A stretch of 63,253 nt of DNA, the filler included, from a bacterium (lineage in GTDB: Bacteria > JAMORN01): NCBI GenBank assembly GCA_027063545.1. It is 10 parts of 10 records of this genome, joined end to end, with 100 filler letters (N's around TTAATTAATTAA, not from the genome) between each part and the next. Parts side by side here need not be neighbours in the genome. Positions count along the whole stretch, not along the records: positions 6,769 to 13,411 come from JAMORN010000148.1; positions 13,512 to 20,087 come from JAMORN010000149.1; positions 20,188 to 26,712 come from JAMORN010000150.1; 7 more parts are not named here. The stretch is one strand, 5' to 3'. The position numbers and the translations under genes are program-made. The notes beneath the pieces are model-generated. The model did not search any database. It was not told where the DNA came from and was given only the letters and a program-made list of their open reading frames with translations. Positions 11,821 to 22,418 of this stretch are shown piece by piece. The number at the start of each line of letters is the position of its first letter. Within the stretch, counting starts at the first letter, position 1.

Positions 11821-12535
11821 AGTATTAACTATAATTCCTACATATAATGAAAAAGATAATATTGAAAAACTATTAAATAAAATTTTTGAACTCTATAAAG
11901 ATACAGATTTAGAGGTATTAGTTGTTGATGATAATTCTCCTGATGGTACAGCAAATATAGTTAAAAATTATCCTCTTTTTAATGAGAGGGTTTTTATTTT
12001 AGAAAGAGAAAAAAAAGAAGGATTAGGTAAAGCTTATATAGCAGGTTTTAAATGGGCTTTAGAAAGAGATTATGATGTTGTTGTTCAAATGGATGCAGAT
12101 TTTTCTCATGATCCAATATATATAAAAGATTTACTTAACGCTATAGAGAATTATGATTTAGTTATAGGATCAAGATATATAGAGGGAGTGAGTGTAGTAC
12201 ACTGGCCAATGACAAGACTTCTTTTAAGTTATGCAGCTTCTATTTATACAAGACTAGTTACTTCAATGCCTATAAAGGATCCAACGGGAGGTTTTAAGGC
12301 AATAAGAAGAGAGGTATTAAAGAGTATAAATTTAGATGATATCTCAGCTACCGGATATTCTTTTCAAATAGAAGTTAATTACAGGACATGGAAAAAAGGT
12401 TTTAGAATAAAAGAAATACCTATAATTTTTGTTGATAGAGTTGAAGGGACTTCTAAAATGAATTCAAAAATAATTACAGAGGCATTATATATAATATGGA
12501 AATTAAGAATATTGTCTTTATTTAAGAAAATATAA
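11810..12535 (+). CDS. polyprenol monophosphomannose synthase (DPM1-like GT2)
   Basis: [41 protein letters not shown]. Confidence 0.9.
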   Translation: MINKVLTIIPTYNEKDNIEKLLNKIFELYKDTDLEVLVVDDNSPDGTANIVKNYPLFNERVFILEREKKEGLGKAYIAGFKWALERDYDVVVQMDADFSHDPIYIKDLLNAIENYDLVIGSRYIEGVSVVHWPMTRLLLSYAASIYTRLVTSMPIKDPTGGFKAIRREVLKSINLDDISATGYSFQIEVNYRTWKKGFRIKEIPIIFVDRVEGTSKMNSKIITEALYIIWKLRILSLFKKI

Positions 12536-12551
12536 CAAAGGGAGGAAAATA

Positions 12552-13411
12552 ATGTCAAAATATGTATTAGATTTTGAAAAACCTATAATAGAATTAGAGG
12601 ATAAAATAAAAGAATTAAAAGAAGTAGCGTCTTTTCATGGAGAAGAGATAACAGAAGATATTGTAAAATTAGAAAAAAAATTAGAATCTATGAAAAAAAA
12701 GATATATGGGAACTTAACTCCATGGCAAAGAGTTCTTTTAGCAAGACATCCAGAAAGACCTTATACCCTTGATTATATAAGAATGATATTTAAAGATTTT
12801 ATAGAACTTCACGGGGATAGATATTTTGGAGATGATAAGGCTATTGTGGGTGGTTTTGCAAAGTTAGATGATAAGAAAGTAATGGTAATAGGGGAACAAA
12901 AAGGTAGAGATACTAATGAAAAAATAGAAAGAAACTTTGGGATGCCTCATCCTGAGGGATATAGAAAAGCTTTAAGACTTATGAAATTGGCAGAAAAGTT
13001 TTCTTTACCTGTAATTACATTTGTTGATACCCCGGGAGCTTATCCAGGGATTGGAGCAGAAGAGAGAGGACAAGGTGAGGCTATAGCAAAGAATTTAAGA
13101 GAAATGGCGGTTCTTAAGGTTCCAATTATTGTGGTTATTATAGGTGAGGGAGCCTCAGGAGGTGCTTTAGCAATAGCAGTTGGTGATAGAATTTTGATGC
13201 TCGAAAATGCTTGGTATTCAGTTATTTCTCCTGAAGGTTGTGCAGCTATTTTATATGGGGATAGGGCAAAGGCTGATATAATGGCTGAACAACTTAGATT
13301 AACAGCCGATGATTTACTTAAACTTAAAGTAATAGATGAAAAAATACCCGAACCTTTAGGAGGAGCCCATAAGGATCCTGCATGGACAGCGGCGAGAATA
13401 AAAGAGTCAAT
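12552..13411 (+). CDS. accA: acetyl-CoA carboxylase carboxyltransferase alpha (3' truncated)
   Basis: [47 protein letters not shown]. Confidence 0.97.
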
Positions 13412-13513
13412 NNNNNNNNNNNNNNNNNNNNNNNNNNNNNNNNNNNNNNNNNNNNTTAATTAATTAANNNNNNNNNNNNNNNNNNNNNNNNNNNNNNNNN
13501 NNNNNNNNNNNTT

Positions 13514-14458
13514 AACAATGAATTAAGTTTATATCTTTCTGACACTACTATGCCATTAGAAAAATCTATATATAATGAAGCACTAAAATATAAGGATATA
13601 GAAAATATAAAAAAATTAGATGATTTAGTAAGCTTTATGTTAAATATTGCTGCTAAATCAAATGATAAAAAATTAAATGAAGATGTTTTATGGAATATTG
13701 CAAATATATATAACTATCTAAATTTATATAATAAAGTTCTTAGTGTGATAGATAAACTTATAACCAATTATCCCAATTCTAAAAGAATCTCGCTATATAA
13801 AAGATACAAAGTTGAAGCTTTAATAAAAAATAATCAATATGATAAGGCTTTAAAGGAAATAGAAAAAAACTTAAAAGAAAAAAATATTTCTTTAGATGAT
13901 AAAATATATTATTTAACTCGAAAAGGTCTAATTTACGAAAAATTAAATCAAAAAAATAAAGCTATAAAAACATACAAGAGTATTATAACCCTTATAAAAA
14001 ATAAAGATGAATACAGAACAAAACTTCATCAAATAAAATATAAAATAGCAATAAATTATATAAAAAATATACAATATCCTCAAGCTAAAAAAATTCTTAA
14101 TCAAATAATTCAATCTCCTGTTGAATCTGAATATAAAAAAGATGCTATTTTATTATTGGCTGATTTAGAATATAAAACAGGCAACTCTCAAGCAGCTTTA
14201 AAACTATATAAATTCTATTATGATACATATAGTAAAATAGAAAAAGATAACCCTAATAATACTTGGGTCTTATATCAAATTGGGAATTGTTATAGAAACT
14301 TAGAAAAATATGATGAGGCTATTAATACATATAAAAAATTAATTCAAACCTATTCTAGTGAAGATCCTTGGGTCAAAAATGCAAAATGGAAATTAGATGA
14401 TACTATATGGTATATTAGATATAAAGCAAATCTAAATGATCAAATAAGTAATGAATAA
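13514..14458 (+). CDS. tetratricopeptide-repeat protein (5' truncated)
   Basis: Repeated TPR-like helices (WVLYQIGNCYRNLEKYDEAINTYKKLI); frame open to contig edge. Confidence 0.8.
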   Translation, partial: NNELSLYLSDTTMPLEKSIYNEALKYKDIENIKKLDDLVSFMLNIAAKSNDKKLNEDVLWNIANIYNYLNLYNKVLSVIDKLITNYPNSKRISLYKRYKVEALIKNNQYDKALKEIEKNLKEKNISLDDKIYYLTRKGLIYEKLNQKNKAIKTYKSIITLIKNKDEYRTKLHQIKYKIAINYIKNIQYPQAKKILNQIIQSPVESEYKKDAILLLADLEYKTGNSQAALKLYKFYYDTYSKIEKDNPNNTWVLYQIGNCYRNLEKYDEAINTYKKLIQTYSSEDPWVKNAKWKLDDTIWYIRYKANLNDQISNE

Positions 14459-15677
14459 AGAAGATAGTATTAAACAACAATTTGAAGAGTTTTTAACCTC
14501 TTTTTTCGACCAGAAGGTAAAAGAATTAAAAACTGCTTATGATAAACTTCAAAAAGAATTCAAAAAAATATCATTTGAATTAGAAAGAAAAAATAAGCAA
14601 CTTGAAAAAAGTCTTATAGAAAACAAAAATATTACAACAAGACTTAATAATATTCTTGAAAATATCAATAATGGAGTTATTCTCATTGATACCGAAGGAA
14701 AAATAATTCAAGTAAACTCTGCATTTTGTAAAATTACAGGCTACAAAAAAAAAGAATTACTTGATAAAAAATATGAAGATATATTTCAATACAATGACGA
14801 AAAAGAATATCCTTTATATATACTTAAAAATCCCTCTTTTAAAGGAGATAAAGAAAAAGTTATAAAAGTAAAAAGAAATGAAAAAAAGGTAGTTCTATAC
14901 CATTATAGCATTTTAAAGAATGCCAAAAAAGATGTTATAGGTGTCATAGAAACAATTACAGATTTAACAAAAATAAAAGAAATGGAAAAAACTCTTATAC
15001 AGAATCAAACTCTTTCGGCATTAGGACAGATGGCTGCTACAGTAGCTCACGAAATTAGAAATCCTCTTGCGGCAATAGGAGGCTTTGCTAGTCTTCTTGA
15101 TAAATCTTTAGATGATTCTATGACATATCAAAAAGGGTTAATATCAAAAATAACTAGAGCAATAAACGATTTAAATAAAATTGTTTCTAATCTTTTATTA
15201 TATACTAGATCAATTTCTTTATCTCTTAAAGATGTAAATCTTATAGATTTTCTAAATGAAATAAAGGATTTTAGTCAAATTATAGTAGAAAATAAAGAAA
15301 AAGATATAAAGATTATTTTAAAATTCTCTAAAAATATTAAAGAAAAACATATGGTTACTATAGATCCTGAAAAAATTCAACAAGTTCTTTTAAATTTAAT
15401 TCAAAATGCTATTGATGCGATTGAAACAAAAGGTAAAATAGAGATATCTGTAAATCGGAATAAATATCATATTATTATAAAAATAAAAGATTCTGCTGGT
15501 AGAATAGATCCAGAAAATATAGAAAAAATATTTACTCCTTTCTTTACAACAAAAGAACATGGAACAGGACTTGGACTTGCTATTTCGAAAAAGATTATAG
15601 AGCTACATGGAGGAGAAATAAAAGTTCAGGTAAAACCTTCTGTATATACAGAATTTATTATAACTCTACCTCAGTAA
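14451..15677 (+). CDS. cytoplasmic PAS sensor histidine kinase (FleS/FlgS-like)
   Basis: PAS, H-box AHEIRNPL, NLIQNA, FFTTK..GTGLGL; no TM. Confidence 0.9.
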   Translation: MNKEDSIKQQFEEFLTSFFDQKVKELKTAYDKLQKEFKKISFELERKNKQLEKSLIENKNITTRLNNILENINNGVILIDTEGKIIQVNSAFCKITGYKKKELLDKKYEDIFQYNDEKEYPLYILKNPSFKGDKEKVIKVKRNEKKVVLYHYSILKNAKKDVIGVIETITDLTKIKEMEKTLIQNQTLSALGQMAATVAHEIRNPLAAIGGFASLLDKSLDDSMTYQKGLISKITRAINDLNKIVSNLLLYTRSISLSLKDVNLIDFLNEIKDFSQIIVENKEKDIKIILKFSKNIKEKHMVTIDPEKIQQVLLNLIQNAIDAIETKGKIEISVNRNKYHIIIKIKDSAGRIDPENIEKIFTPFFTTKEHGTGLGLAISKKIIELHGGEIKVQVKPSVYTEFIITLPQ

Positions 15678-15690
15678 AAGGAGGATTATA

Positions 15691-17103
15691 ATGTGGAAAA
15701 TCCTAATAGTAGATGATGATATAAACATGAGAGAAATGTTAGAAGCTGCTCTTTCTAGATATAAAGATTATGAGGTTAAAACATCAAAAGATGCAGTTGA
15801 AGCTATTAGTATTCTTAAAAAAGAAGATTTTGATCTTATAATTTCTGACTATAAAATGCCACATATTAATGGTATAGAGTTTTTAAGATGGGTAAAAAGA
15901 AATAAACAAGATAGAACTCAATTTATGATAATGACTGCTTATGGTGATATTGAAACAGCAGTAGAAGCAATGAAGCTGGGAGCAGCTGACTTTATAGAAA
16001 AAAATCCTGACTCTTTAGCAAATATTGATATTTTAGATATAATTGTTAGAAGAATTTTAAATACAATAAAAAATATTGAAAAAATAAAACGAGAAAATAT
16101 TGCTTTAAAGGCTATAGTTTCTAAAGATATTACTTATATAGGTAATTCTCCTCAAATAAAGAAAATATTAGAAGAAATAGATATAATAGCAAATACTAAA
16201 TCATCGGTATTAATAACTGGAGAAACTGGTACTGGAAAAGAATTAATTGCCAAAAATATTCACTATAAATCATCACGAGCCGATAAACCATTTATAAAAT
16301 TGAATTGTGCTGCAATTCCTGAGACTCTTATTGAAAGTGAGCTATTTGGTTATGAAAAAGGAGCATTTACAGGTGCTGAAAAGACAACAAAAGGTAAATT
16401 TGAATTAGCAGATGGAGGAACACTACTTTTAGATGAAATAGGAGAAATGCCTATTCATATGCAAAGTAAACTATTAAGAGTGCTACAAGAAAAGGAAATA
16501 ATGAGATTAGGAGGTTCCCAGACCATATCTATAGATGTTAGAATTATTGCCACTACTAATCGGGATTTAGTAGAAGAAATAAAAAATGGTAATTTTAGAG
16601 AAGATTTATTTTATCGTCTTAATGTTATTCACTTTCATTTACCTCCTCTACGGGAAAGAAAAGAAGATATACCATTACTTATAGAGTATTTTATTAACGT
16701 ATATAATAAAGAAAATGGTTTGGATGTTCAAGGTATTGAAGATAAAGCATTGAAAATGTTACTTGAATATAATTGGCCTGGTAATATAAGAGAATTACAA
16801 AATGTCATTGAGAGAGCTACTATATATACAAAAGTTGGTAAAATACCGCCAGAACATATTAAACTTTTAGATGTTAATTATAAAAACATCGAAGAAAAAA
16901 ATAATTCAAATGATAATGAAAATTTAGATGAATTTTCTTTTATTGTGAGACCAGGAGATAATATACATGAGATAGAAAGAAAACTTATATTAAATACACT
17001 CCAAGTCTACCCCAATAAAACAGAAGCTGCAGAAAAAATAGGTATAACAGTACGAACACTTAGAAACAAATTAAATGAATACAAAAAACAGGGGTATATC
17101 TAA
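15691..17103 (+). CDS. sigma54-dependent response regulator (FleR/FlgR/NtrC family)
   Basis: Receiver ([10 protein letters not shown]), [30 protein letters not shown]-terminal HTH. Confidence 0.95.
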   Translation: MWKILIVDDDINMREMLEAALSRYKDYEVKTSKDAVEAISILKKEDFDLIISDYKMPHINGIEFLRWVKRNKQDRTQFMIMTAYGDIETAVEAMKLGAADFIEKNPDSLANIDILDIIVRRILNTIKNIEKIKRENIALKAIVSKDITYIGNSPQIKKILEEIDIIANTKSSVLITGETGTGKELIAKNIHYKSSRADKPFIKLNCAAIPETLIESELFGYEKGAFTGAEKTTKGKFELADGGTLLLDEIGEMPIHMQSKLLRVLQEKEIMRLGGSQTISIDVRIIATTNRDLVEEIKNGNFREDLFYRLNVIHFHLPPLRERKEDIPLLIEYFINVYNKENGLDVQGIEDKALKMLLEYNWPGNIRELQNVIERATIYTKVGKIPPEHIKLLDVNYKNIEEKNNSNDNENLDEFSFIVRPGDNIHEIERKLILNTLQVYPNKTEAAEKIGITVRTLRNKLNEYKKQGYI

Positions 17104-17104
17104 T

Positions 17105-17665
17105 ATGGTCTCAGATGAAGTAATTACTAATAAGATATTTTATGAAAAAATGAGAACAAAATATTTTAAAAAAATTCGTAATATGGTAAATAGAATTTCA
17201 AGAAATATAGAGAAGCTGGATTCTGATACTTTAATTGCATATCTATATGATAATATAAAGTATATTATATCGCTAATTGAAGAGTGTTTATTTTATAGTA
17301 AAGAAGCCTTATTTGCTTATGAACAAAATATTATGCCTTTATACAGTAAAGAAACACCTTATGGAATCTTAGAAGAAGAAAAAATTTTTTACTTCTTATT
17401 AGAAGAAATATATGCTTCTCTTGTTTTTTTCGATAAATATTTAACTACAGAATTTAATCTTATAAACTATAAAGCAACCCTTCAAAAGCTCAAAACTAGA
17501 CGTAATATAAAAGAAGGATTCATAACAAAACTATTTAAGAAAATTGATAGATCAGCATATTATGATATAATTCATCACCATTTATACTTTGTTAACACAA
17601 GAATAAAAGCCCTTAATGAAATCAATAAAATAATTTTAGATTTACATAAATATATAAAAGAATAA
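17105..17665 (+). CDS. hypothetical protein
   Basis: ORF starting 1 nt after the regulator stop (ATG 17105); helical, no motif recognised. Confidence 0.6.
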   Translation: MVSDEVITNKIFYEKMRTKYFKKIRNMVNRISRNIEKLDSDTLIAYLYDNIKYIISLIEECLFYSKEALFAYEQNIMPLYSKETPYGILEEEKIFYFLLEEIYASLVFFDKYLTTEFNLINYKATLQKLKTRRNIKEGFITKLFKKIDRSAYYDIIHHHLYFVNTRIKALNEINKIILDLHKYIKE

Positions 17666-17687
17666 CAACTAATAAAATATTGAAATA

Positions 17688-17761
17688 TCGGGACGGCGGG
17701 ATTTGAACCCGCGACCACACGCGCCCCATGCGTGTGCGCTTCCAGGCTGCGCTACGCCCCG
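17688..17761 (-). tRNA. tRNA-Pro(GGG)
   Basis: CGGGGCGTAGCGCAGCCTGGAAGCGCA-CACGC-ATGGGGC-GCGTG...GGTTCAAATCC. Confidence 0.95.
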
Positions 17762-17777
17762 ATTACCATATAAGATT

Positions 17778-20087
17778 TTATTTATATCCAATGATTGAGT
17801 TTTTAAGAACTTCTTCCATTGTTTCAACTTCTATAATCTCTATATTATTCTTAATATAGTCTGGAAGTTCTATAAAATCTTTATGATTCTTTTTGGGAAT
17901 TATAACCTTCTTTATACCTGCTGCAATTGCTGCTATTACCTTCTCTTTTAATCCACCTATTGGTAGAACATCTCCATGTAATGTTATTTCACCAGTCATA
18001 GCCACATCTCTTCTAACAGGTTTATCTAAACATAAACTTATTAAACTTGTTGCTATTGTAATACCTGCTGAAGGTCCATCTTTGGGGATAGATCCTTCAG
18101 GAATATGTATATGAATTTCTTTATCATCAAAGAATCCTTTCTTCTTATTTTTTAATAATTCCTGTGATTTTATCTTAGCAAAACTATATGCTATCATTGC
18201 TGATTCTTTCATTACCTCACCTAAACGTCCAGTAACTATTAAATTCGGCTTTTCTGCAATGTAGTATGCGCTTTCTATAAATAAAATTTCACCTCCATAT
18301 TCTGTCCAAGCAAGGCCTGTCACTTTTCCCACCATATCTTTTTCTAAAATATCTGTAGAATTATATCTAGCAACTCCTAAATAATCTTCTAAATTCTTCG
18401 GGGATATAGTCAAGGTTTTATTTTTTATTTCTCCTTCCACATATTTTCTAGCAACTTTTCTTAAAATAGCTCTTAAATTCCTTTCTAATTGTCTAACTCC
18501 TGCTTCTCTTATATATTCCTTTATAATTTTTTCTATACTATCATCTCTTATTTTTACCTTTATATATCTATTTAAATTAAATTCTTTTTGAATTTTCGGT
18601 ATTAAATAATTCTTTGCTATCTGAACTTTTTCTGGAAGTGTATAACTTGATATTTCTATTATCTCCATTCTATCCAAAAGTGGTTTAGGAATTGTATGAA
18701 TTACATTAGCGGTTGTAATAAAAAACACATCATTTAAATTAAATGGAATCTCAACATAATTATCTACAAAATTGGAATTCTGTTCAGGATCTAGAACTTC
18801 TAATAATGCAGAAGCTGGATCTCCTCTAAAATCTCTTCCTAATTTATCAATTTCATCTAATAGAAAAACAGGATTATAAACTCCTGCTTCTTTTATTTTT
18901 TTTATAATCTGTCCTGGCATTGCTCCTATATATGTCTTTCTATGACCCCTTATTTCTGCTTCGTCCGATAATCCTCCCAATGAAATTTTTACAAACTTTC
19001 TATTCATTGCTTTAGCTATAGAGCGAGCTAATGATGTCTTTCCTACTCCAGGAGGACCTACAAAACAAATAATAGACCCCTGTAGTCTACCAGTAAGTTT
19101 CATTAAAGAAAGATGCTCTAAAATTCTCTCTTTTACCTTCTCTAAGCCATAATGATCTTTATCTAATATAATTTTTGCTTTTTTTATATTTAATGTATCT
19201 TTAGTTTTTTTATCCCATGGAAGATTTAATACTAAATCAAGATAATTATATAAAACTGTATATTCTGGTGAAGATTGTGGTATTCTAAGTAATCTTTCTA
19301 CATCTTCTTTTAATTTTTCTTTATATTCATCTTTTAAATTCTTTATTGTTTCTAATTTCTTTAAAAATTTTTCCTTTATTCCATCTTCTTCATCCTCAGA
19401 TGTATATCCCAATTCTTTTTTAATAGCCTTTAACTGCTCATTTAAAAATATATTCTTTTGGATATTTTGAATCTTAGACTTTACCTCATCTTCTATTTTC
19501 TTTTCTAACTTTAAAATTTCAAGTTCATTGATTAACTTCTCACTTAATATATCAAGTATCTCTTTTATATTTGATAATGAAATTAATTTTTGTTTTTCTT
19601 TAAAATTAAAAGGTAAATAACCCATTATATTATAAATAATAAACTCATAATCATCCATAGACATTATTTCAAACAATAAATCTTCTGGAAGAGAGCCTGA
19701 TAATCTTATATATTGCTTAAATAAATCAAATACCTTTCTAATATATGCAATAACCTCTGGATCTTTTTCATCAATTTCTATATTTATAGGCTCATATTCT
19801 TTTACAATCCAAATTTTACCTGTAAATTCTAAATGCTTTACTTTTACCGGCTTTATCCCTGTAACAAATGTTTTTTTAGCCTCATCAGGCATTACTACAA
19901 CTCTATTTACCTTTCCAATAACCCCTACATCATAAAAATCTTCTTCTTTAGGATTTTCTATCTCCGCCTCTTTTTGAGTGACGAAAATTAAATAATTATC
20001 TGTTTCTTCTTCCGCAAACTTTAAAGCCCTGTTTGAAAAAGGACGACCAATAATAAGTGGAGTTATTACATGAGGTATCAAAACAAT
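17778..20087 (-). CDS. lon: Lon protease (5' truncated)
   Basis: DHYGLEKVKERI, GPPGVGKTS, LLDEIDK, PKDGPSAG, GGLKEK. Confidence 0.97.
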   Translation of the reverse strand: MVLIPHVITPLIIGRPFSNRALKFAEEETDNYLIFVTQKEAEIENPKEEDFYDVGVIGKVNRVVVMPDEAKKTFVTGIKPVKVKHLEFTGKIWIVKEYEPINIEIDEKDPEVIAYIRKVFDLFKQYIRLSGSLPEDLLFEIMSMDDYEFIIYNIMGYLPFNFKEKQKLISLSNIKEILDILSEKLINELEILKLEKKIEDEVKSKIQNIQKNIFLNEQLKAIKKELGYTSEDEEDGIKEKFLKKLETIKNLKDEYKEKLKEDVERLLRIPQSSPEYTVLYNYLDLVLNLPWDKKTKDTLNIKKAKIILDKDHYGLEKVKERILEHLSLMKLTGRLQGSIICFVGPPGVGKTSLARSIAKAMNRKFVKISLGGLSDEAEIRGHRKTYIGAMPGQIIKKIKEAGVYNPVFLLDEIDKLGRDFRGDPASALLEVLDPEQNSNFVDNYVEIPFNLNDVFFITTANVIHTIPKPLLDRMEIIEISSYTLPEKVQIAKNYLIPKIQKEFNLNRYIKVKIRDDSIEKIIKEYIREAGVRQLERNLRAILRKVARKYVEGEIKNKTLTISPKNLEDYLGVARYNSTDILEKDMVGKVTGLAWTEYGGEILFIESAYYIAEKPNLIVTGRLGEVMKESAMIAYSFAKIKSQELLKNKKKGFFDDKEIHIHIPEGSIPKDGPSAGITIATSLISLCLDKPVRRDVAMTGEITLHGDVLPIGGLKEKVIAAIAAGIKKVIIPKKNHKDFIELPDYIKNNIEIIEVETMEEVLKNSIIGYK

Positions 20088-20187
20088 NNNNNNNNNNNNN
20101 NNNNNNNNNNNNNNNNNNNNNNNNNNNNNNNTTAATTAATTAANNNNNNNNNNNNNNNNNNNNNNNNNNNNNNNNNNNNNNNNNNNN

Positions 20188-20610
20188 GAGGGCAATTTAT
20201 TAAGACTTACTCATTCTATTGAATTTACTCGTCAACAATATAGAAGATATGTAAGGTATGAAGTAAGATTACCTGTTAAATTTAAAATTCATTTATCAGA
20301 GAAAAAAAGAAAACCTGAAGAACTTCAAGAAATATATGATGGAAGTATTATTGATATATCAGGAGGAGGGGTAAAATTTAAATCTCCAATACCTTTATAT
20401 AAGAATGATCAAATATACATATATGGTATGTGGGATAAATTAGAACTAAAATTTATAGCAAAAGTTTTAAGAGTCGTAGAAACAAAAACACAGGATAAAG
20501 TATTTTATATTGCAAATTGTGAGTTTGTAAATATAGATACAAAAATTAAGGAAAAAATAGTAAAGAAAATTTTCGATAAGATGCGAGAAGATATAAAAAT
20601 GTTAAGATAA
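20188..20610 (+). CDS. PilZ-domain protein, YcgR-like (5' truncated; longer than the ORF-track call)
   Basis: Frame from contig edge reads ...RQQYRRYVR (RxxxR)...IDISGGG (DxSxxG), the c-di-GMP-binding motifs. Confidence 0.88.
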   Translation, partial: EGNLLRLTHSIEFTRQQYRRYVRYEVRLPVKFKIHLSEKKRKPEELQEIYDGSIIDISGGGVKFKSPIPLYKNDQIYIYGMWDKLELKFIAKVLRVVETKTQDKVFYIANCEFVNIDTKIKEKIVKKIFDKMREDIKMLR

Positions 20611-20618
20611 AAGATAGT

Positions 20619-21950
20619 ATGAAATTATTTACAAAAGATGAATATATAAAAAACGAATCTTTATTTTTGAATAAATGGGCAACTTTTTCTTATGAATCTG
20701 AGAGAATATCTGAAGAAAGGGATTCAGATTTATTAAGAACAGACTTTCAAAGAGATAGAGATAGAATAATACATTCAAGAGCATTTAAAAGGATGATGCA
20801 TAAAACGCAAGTATATTCTTTTGTAGAATTTAGAAATGATCATACAAGAACTAGACTTTTACATTCTATAGAGGTTATGCAGCTTGCAACCACTGTAGGA
20901 AGATCTTTAGGATTAAATAATGATTTAATAGAAGCAATAGCTTTAGGACATGATGTTGGTCATACTCCTTTTGGTCATTCTGGCGAATACATACTTCATA
21001 GGATAAGTAAAGGTAAAGAGGATATCAAAGAGTTACCAGAAGATATAATTGACTACTGGGGTTTTAAGCATAATCACCAAAGTTTAAGAATTTTTGACAA
21101 GATTGAGAAAAGAAATGGTTTTGATGATATGAATTTGACTAATCAAACTAGAGAGGGAATATTAAAACATACAGAAATTAATTACTCGAAAAATAGATTC
21201 AAAGATTATAATGAAGTTTTATATAGAGATTTAGATTATTCAGCTCTTTTTTTAGATAAGGTTCCTTTTTTAGAAGCACAGGTTGTATATATATGTGATG
21301 AAATTGCTCAACAAACACATGATTTAGAGGATGGTCTAAGGTTAAAAGATAAGAAAGAAGTTTTGGAGATTCTATCTGAATTAAGGCGAGAAATTAATTT
21401 TATTGATAATATATACAAACAATATAAAGAAAAATTAGAAAACATGGAGTATTATCAAGAAAGATATTTCATTGCCAAAAAAATTATAGATGTTTTAATA
21501 AGGGATTTAATAGAAAATAGTGTAAAAAATTTATCATTTTATTATAAAAAAAATAAAAGCAAGAAAAGACCTGATCGATTTTTAATAACCTTTTCTGAAG
21601 CAATAGAAAAGGATTTTTTAAAATTTAAAGAAAAAATATATAGACATTTTATAAATATAGATGAAATAAAAAAGATGGATAAGAAAGCAAAAGAGATTAT
21701 TATTTTTCTTTTTAGATATTATTTAATTAATCCTTGGGAATTACCAGATTATACATCCCATAAGTTTAAGTATTCAAAAATAAGAGAGAATATAAAAATA
21801 TTATCAGATGAAAGTAAGGAAGAGATAAAAAGAAAGATATATTCCAAGGAATTTTTTAGGGAGTTGATTGATTATATAGCAGGTATGACAGATTTTTATG
21901 CTATAGATTTATATAACAAACTAAAAACTAAAAATGGAGTACTTTTATGA
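20619..21950 (+). CDS. dgt: dGTP triphosphohydrolase family (HD) protein
   Basis: RTDFQRDRDRIIHS, KTQV, TRLLHS, GHDVGHTPFGHSGE, HDLED, DYIAGMTD. Confidence 0.92.
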   Translation: MKLFTKDEYIKNESLFLNKWATFSYESERISEERDSDLLRTDFQRDRDRIIHSRAFKRMMHKTQVYSFVEFRNDHTRTRLLHSIEVMQLATTVGRSLGLNNDLIEAIALGHDVGHTPFGHSGEYILHRISKGKEDIKELPEDIIDYWGFKHNHQSLRIFDKIEKRNGFDDMNLTNQTREGILKHTEINYSKNRFKDYNEVLYRDLDYSALFLDKVPFLEAQVVYICDEIAQQTHDLEDGLRLKDKKEVLEILSELRREINFIDNIYKQYKEKLENMEYYQERYFIAKKIIDVLIRDLIENSVKNLSFYYKKNKSKKRPDRFLITFSEAIEKDFLKFKEKIYRHFINIDEIKKMDKKAKEIIIFLFRYYLINPWELPDYTSHKFKYSKIRENIKILSDESKEEIKRKIYSKEFFRELIDYIAGMTDFYAIDLYNKLKTKNGVLL

Positions 21951-22336
21951 AATATAAGATAACTCTTATTTTAATATTTTTAACATTATTTTTTTCAGGA
22001 TATTATTCTTATAAATATATTCAAAATATAAAAAAAGAAAAAAGTTTAGTTTTTGATATGTTATTAGATGAAGCAGAAGGGAATATGAGTGTATTTTTAA
22101 TGGGTATTGATACTTTAAATATAGAAAATATAAGAAATAGAAAAGAATATATTACAAAAAATGATACTATTTTATCCAAGATAATTGTTAAAAAAAATAA
22201 TGATACACTTTATATTAATAGTATAGTACAAAGCTTAAAATTTAAGGGTTTAAAGAGGGTGGTTAGGTCTGTTGTTATAGTAGAAAGGGATTCTTTAGGT
22301 AACAAAAGATACAGATTGAAAAAAATAGAAAATTAG
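21947..22336 (+). CDS. hypothetical protein with N-terminal TM
   Basis: ORF overlaps dgt stop; hydrophobic N-terminus. Confidence 0.55.
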   Translation: MKYKITLILIFLTLFFSGYYSYKYIQNIKKEKSLVFDMLLDEAEGNMSVFLMGIDTLNIENIRNRKEYITKNDTILSKIIVKKNNDTLYINSIVQSLKFKGLKRVVRSVVIVERDSLGNKRYRLKKIEN

Positions 22337-22349
22337 AGTAAAAAATTAC

Positions 22350-22378
22350 TTGCTATTGCTTTTTTTTGAAATTATAAT
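22350..22378 (+). promoter_or_regulatory. sigma70 promoter for pilM operon
   Basis: TTGCTA-N17-TATAAT ending 40 nt upstream of pilM. Confidence 0.55.
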
Positions 22379-22418
22379 TTATTTTAAAATATAACACTCA
22401 AAAAATAAAGAGAAGAAT

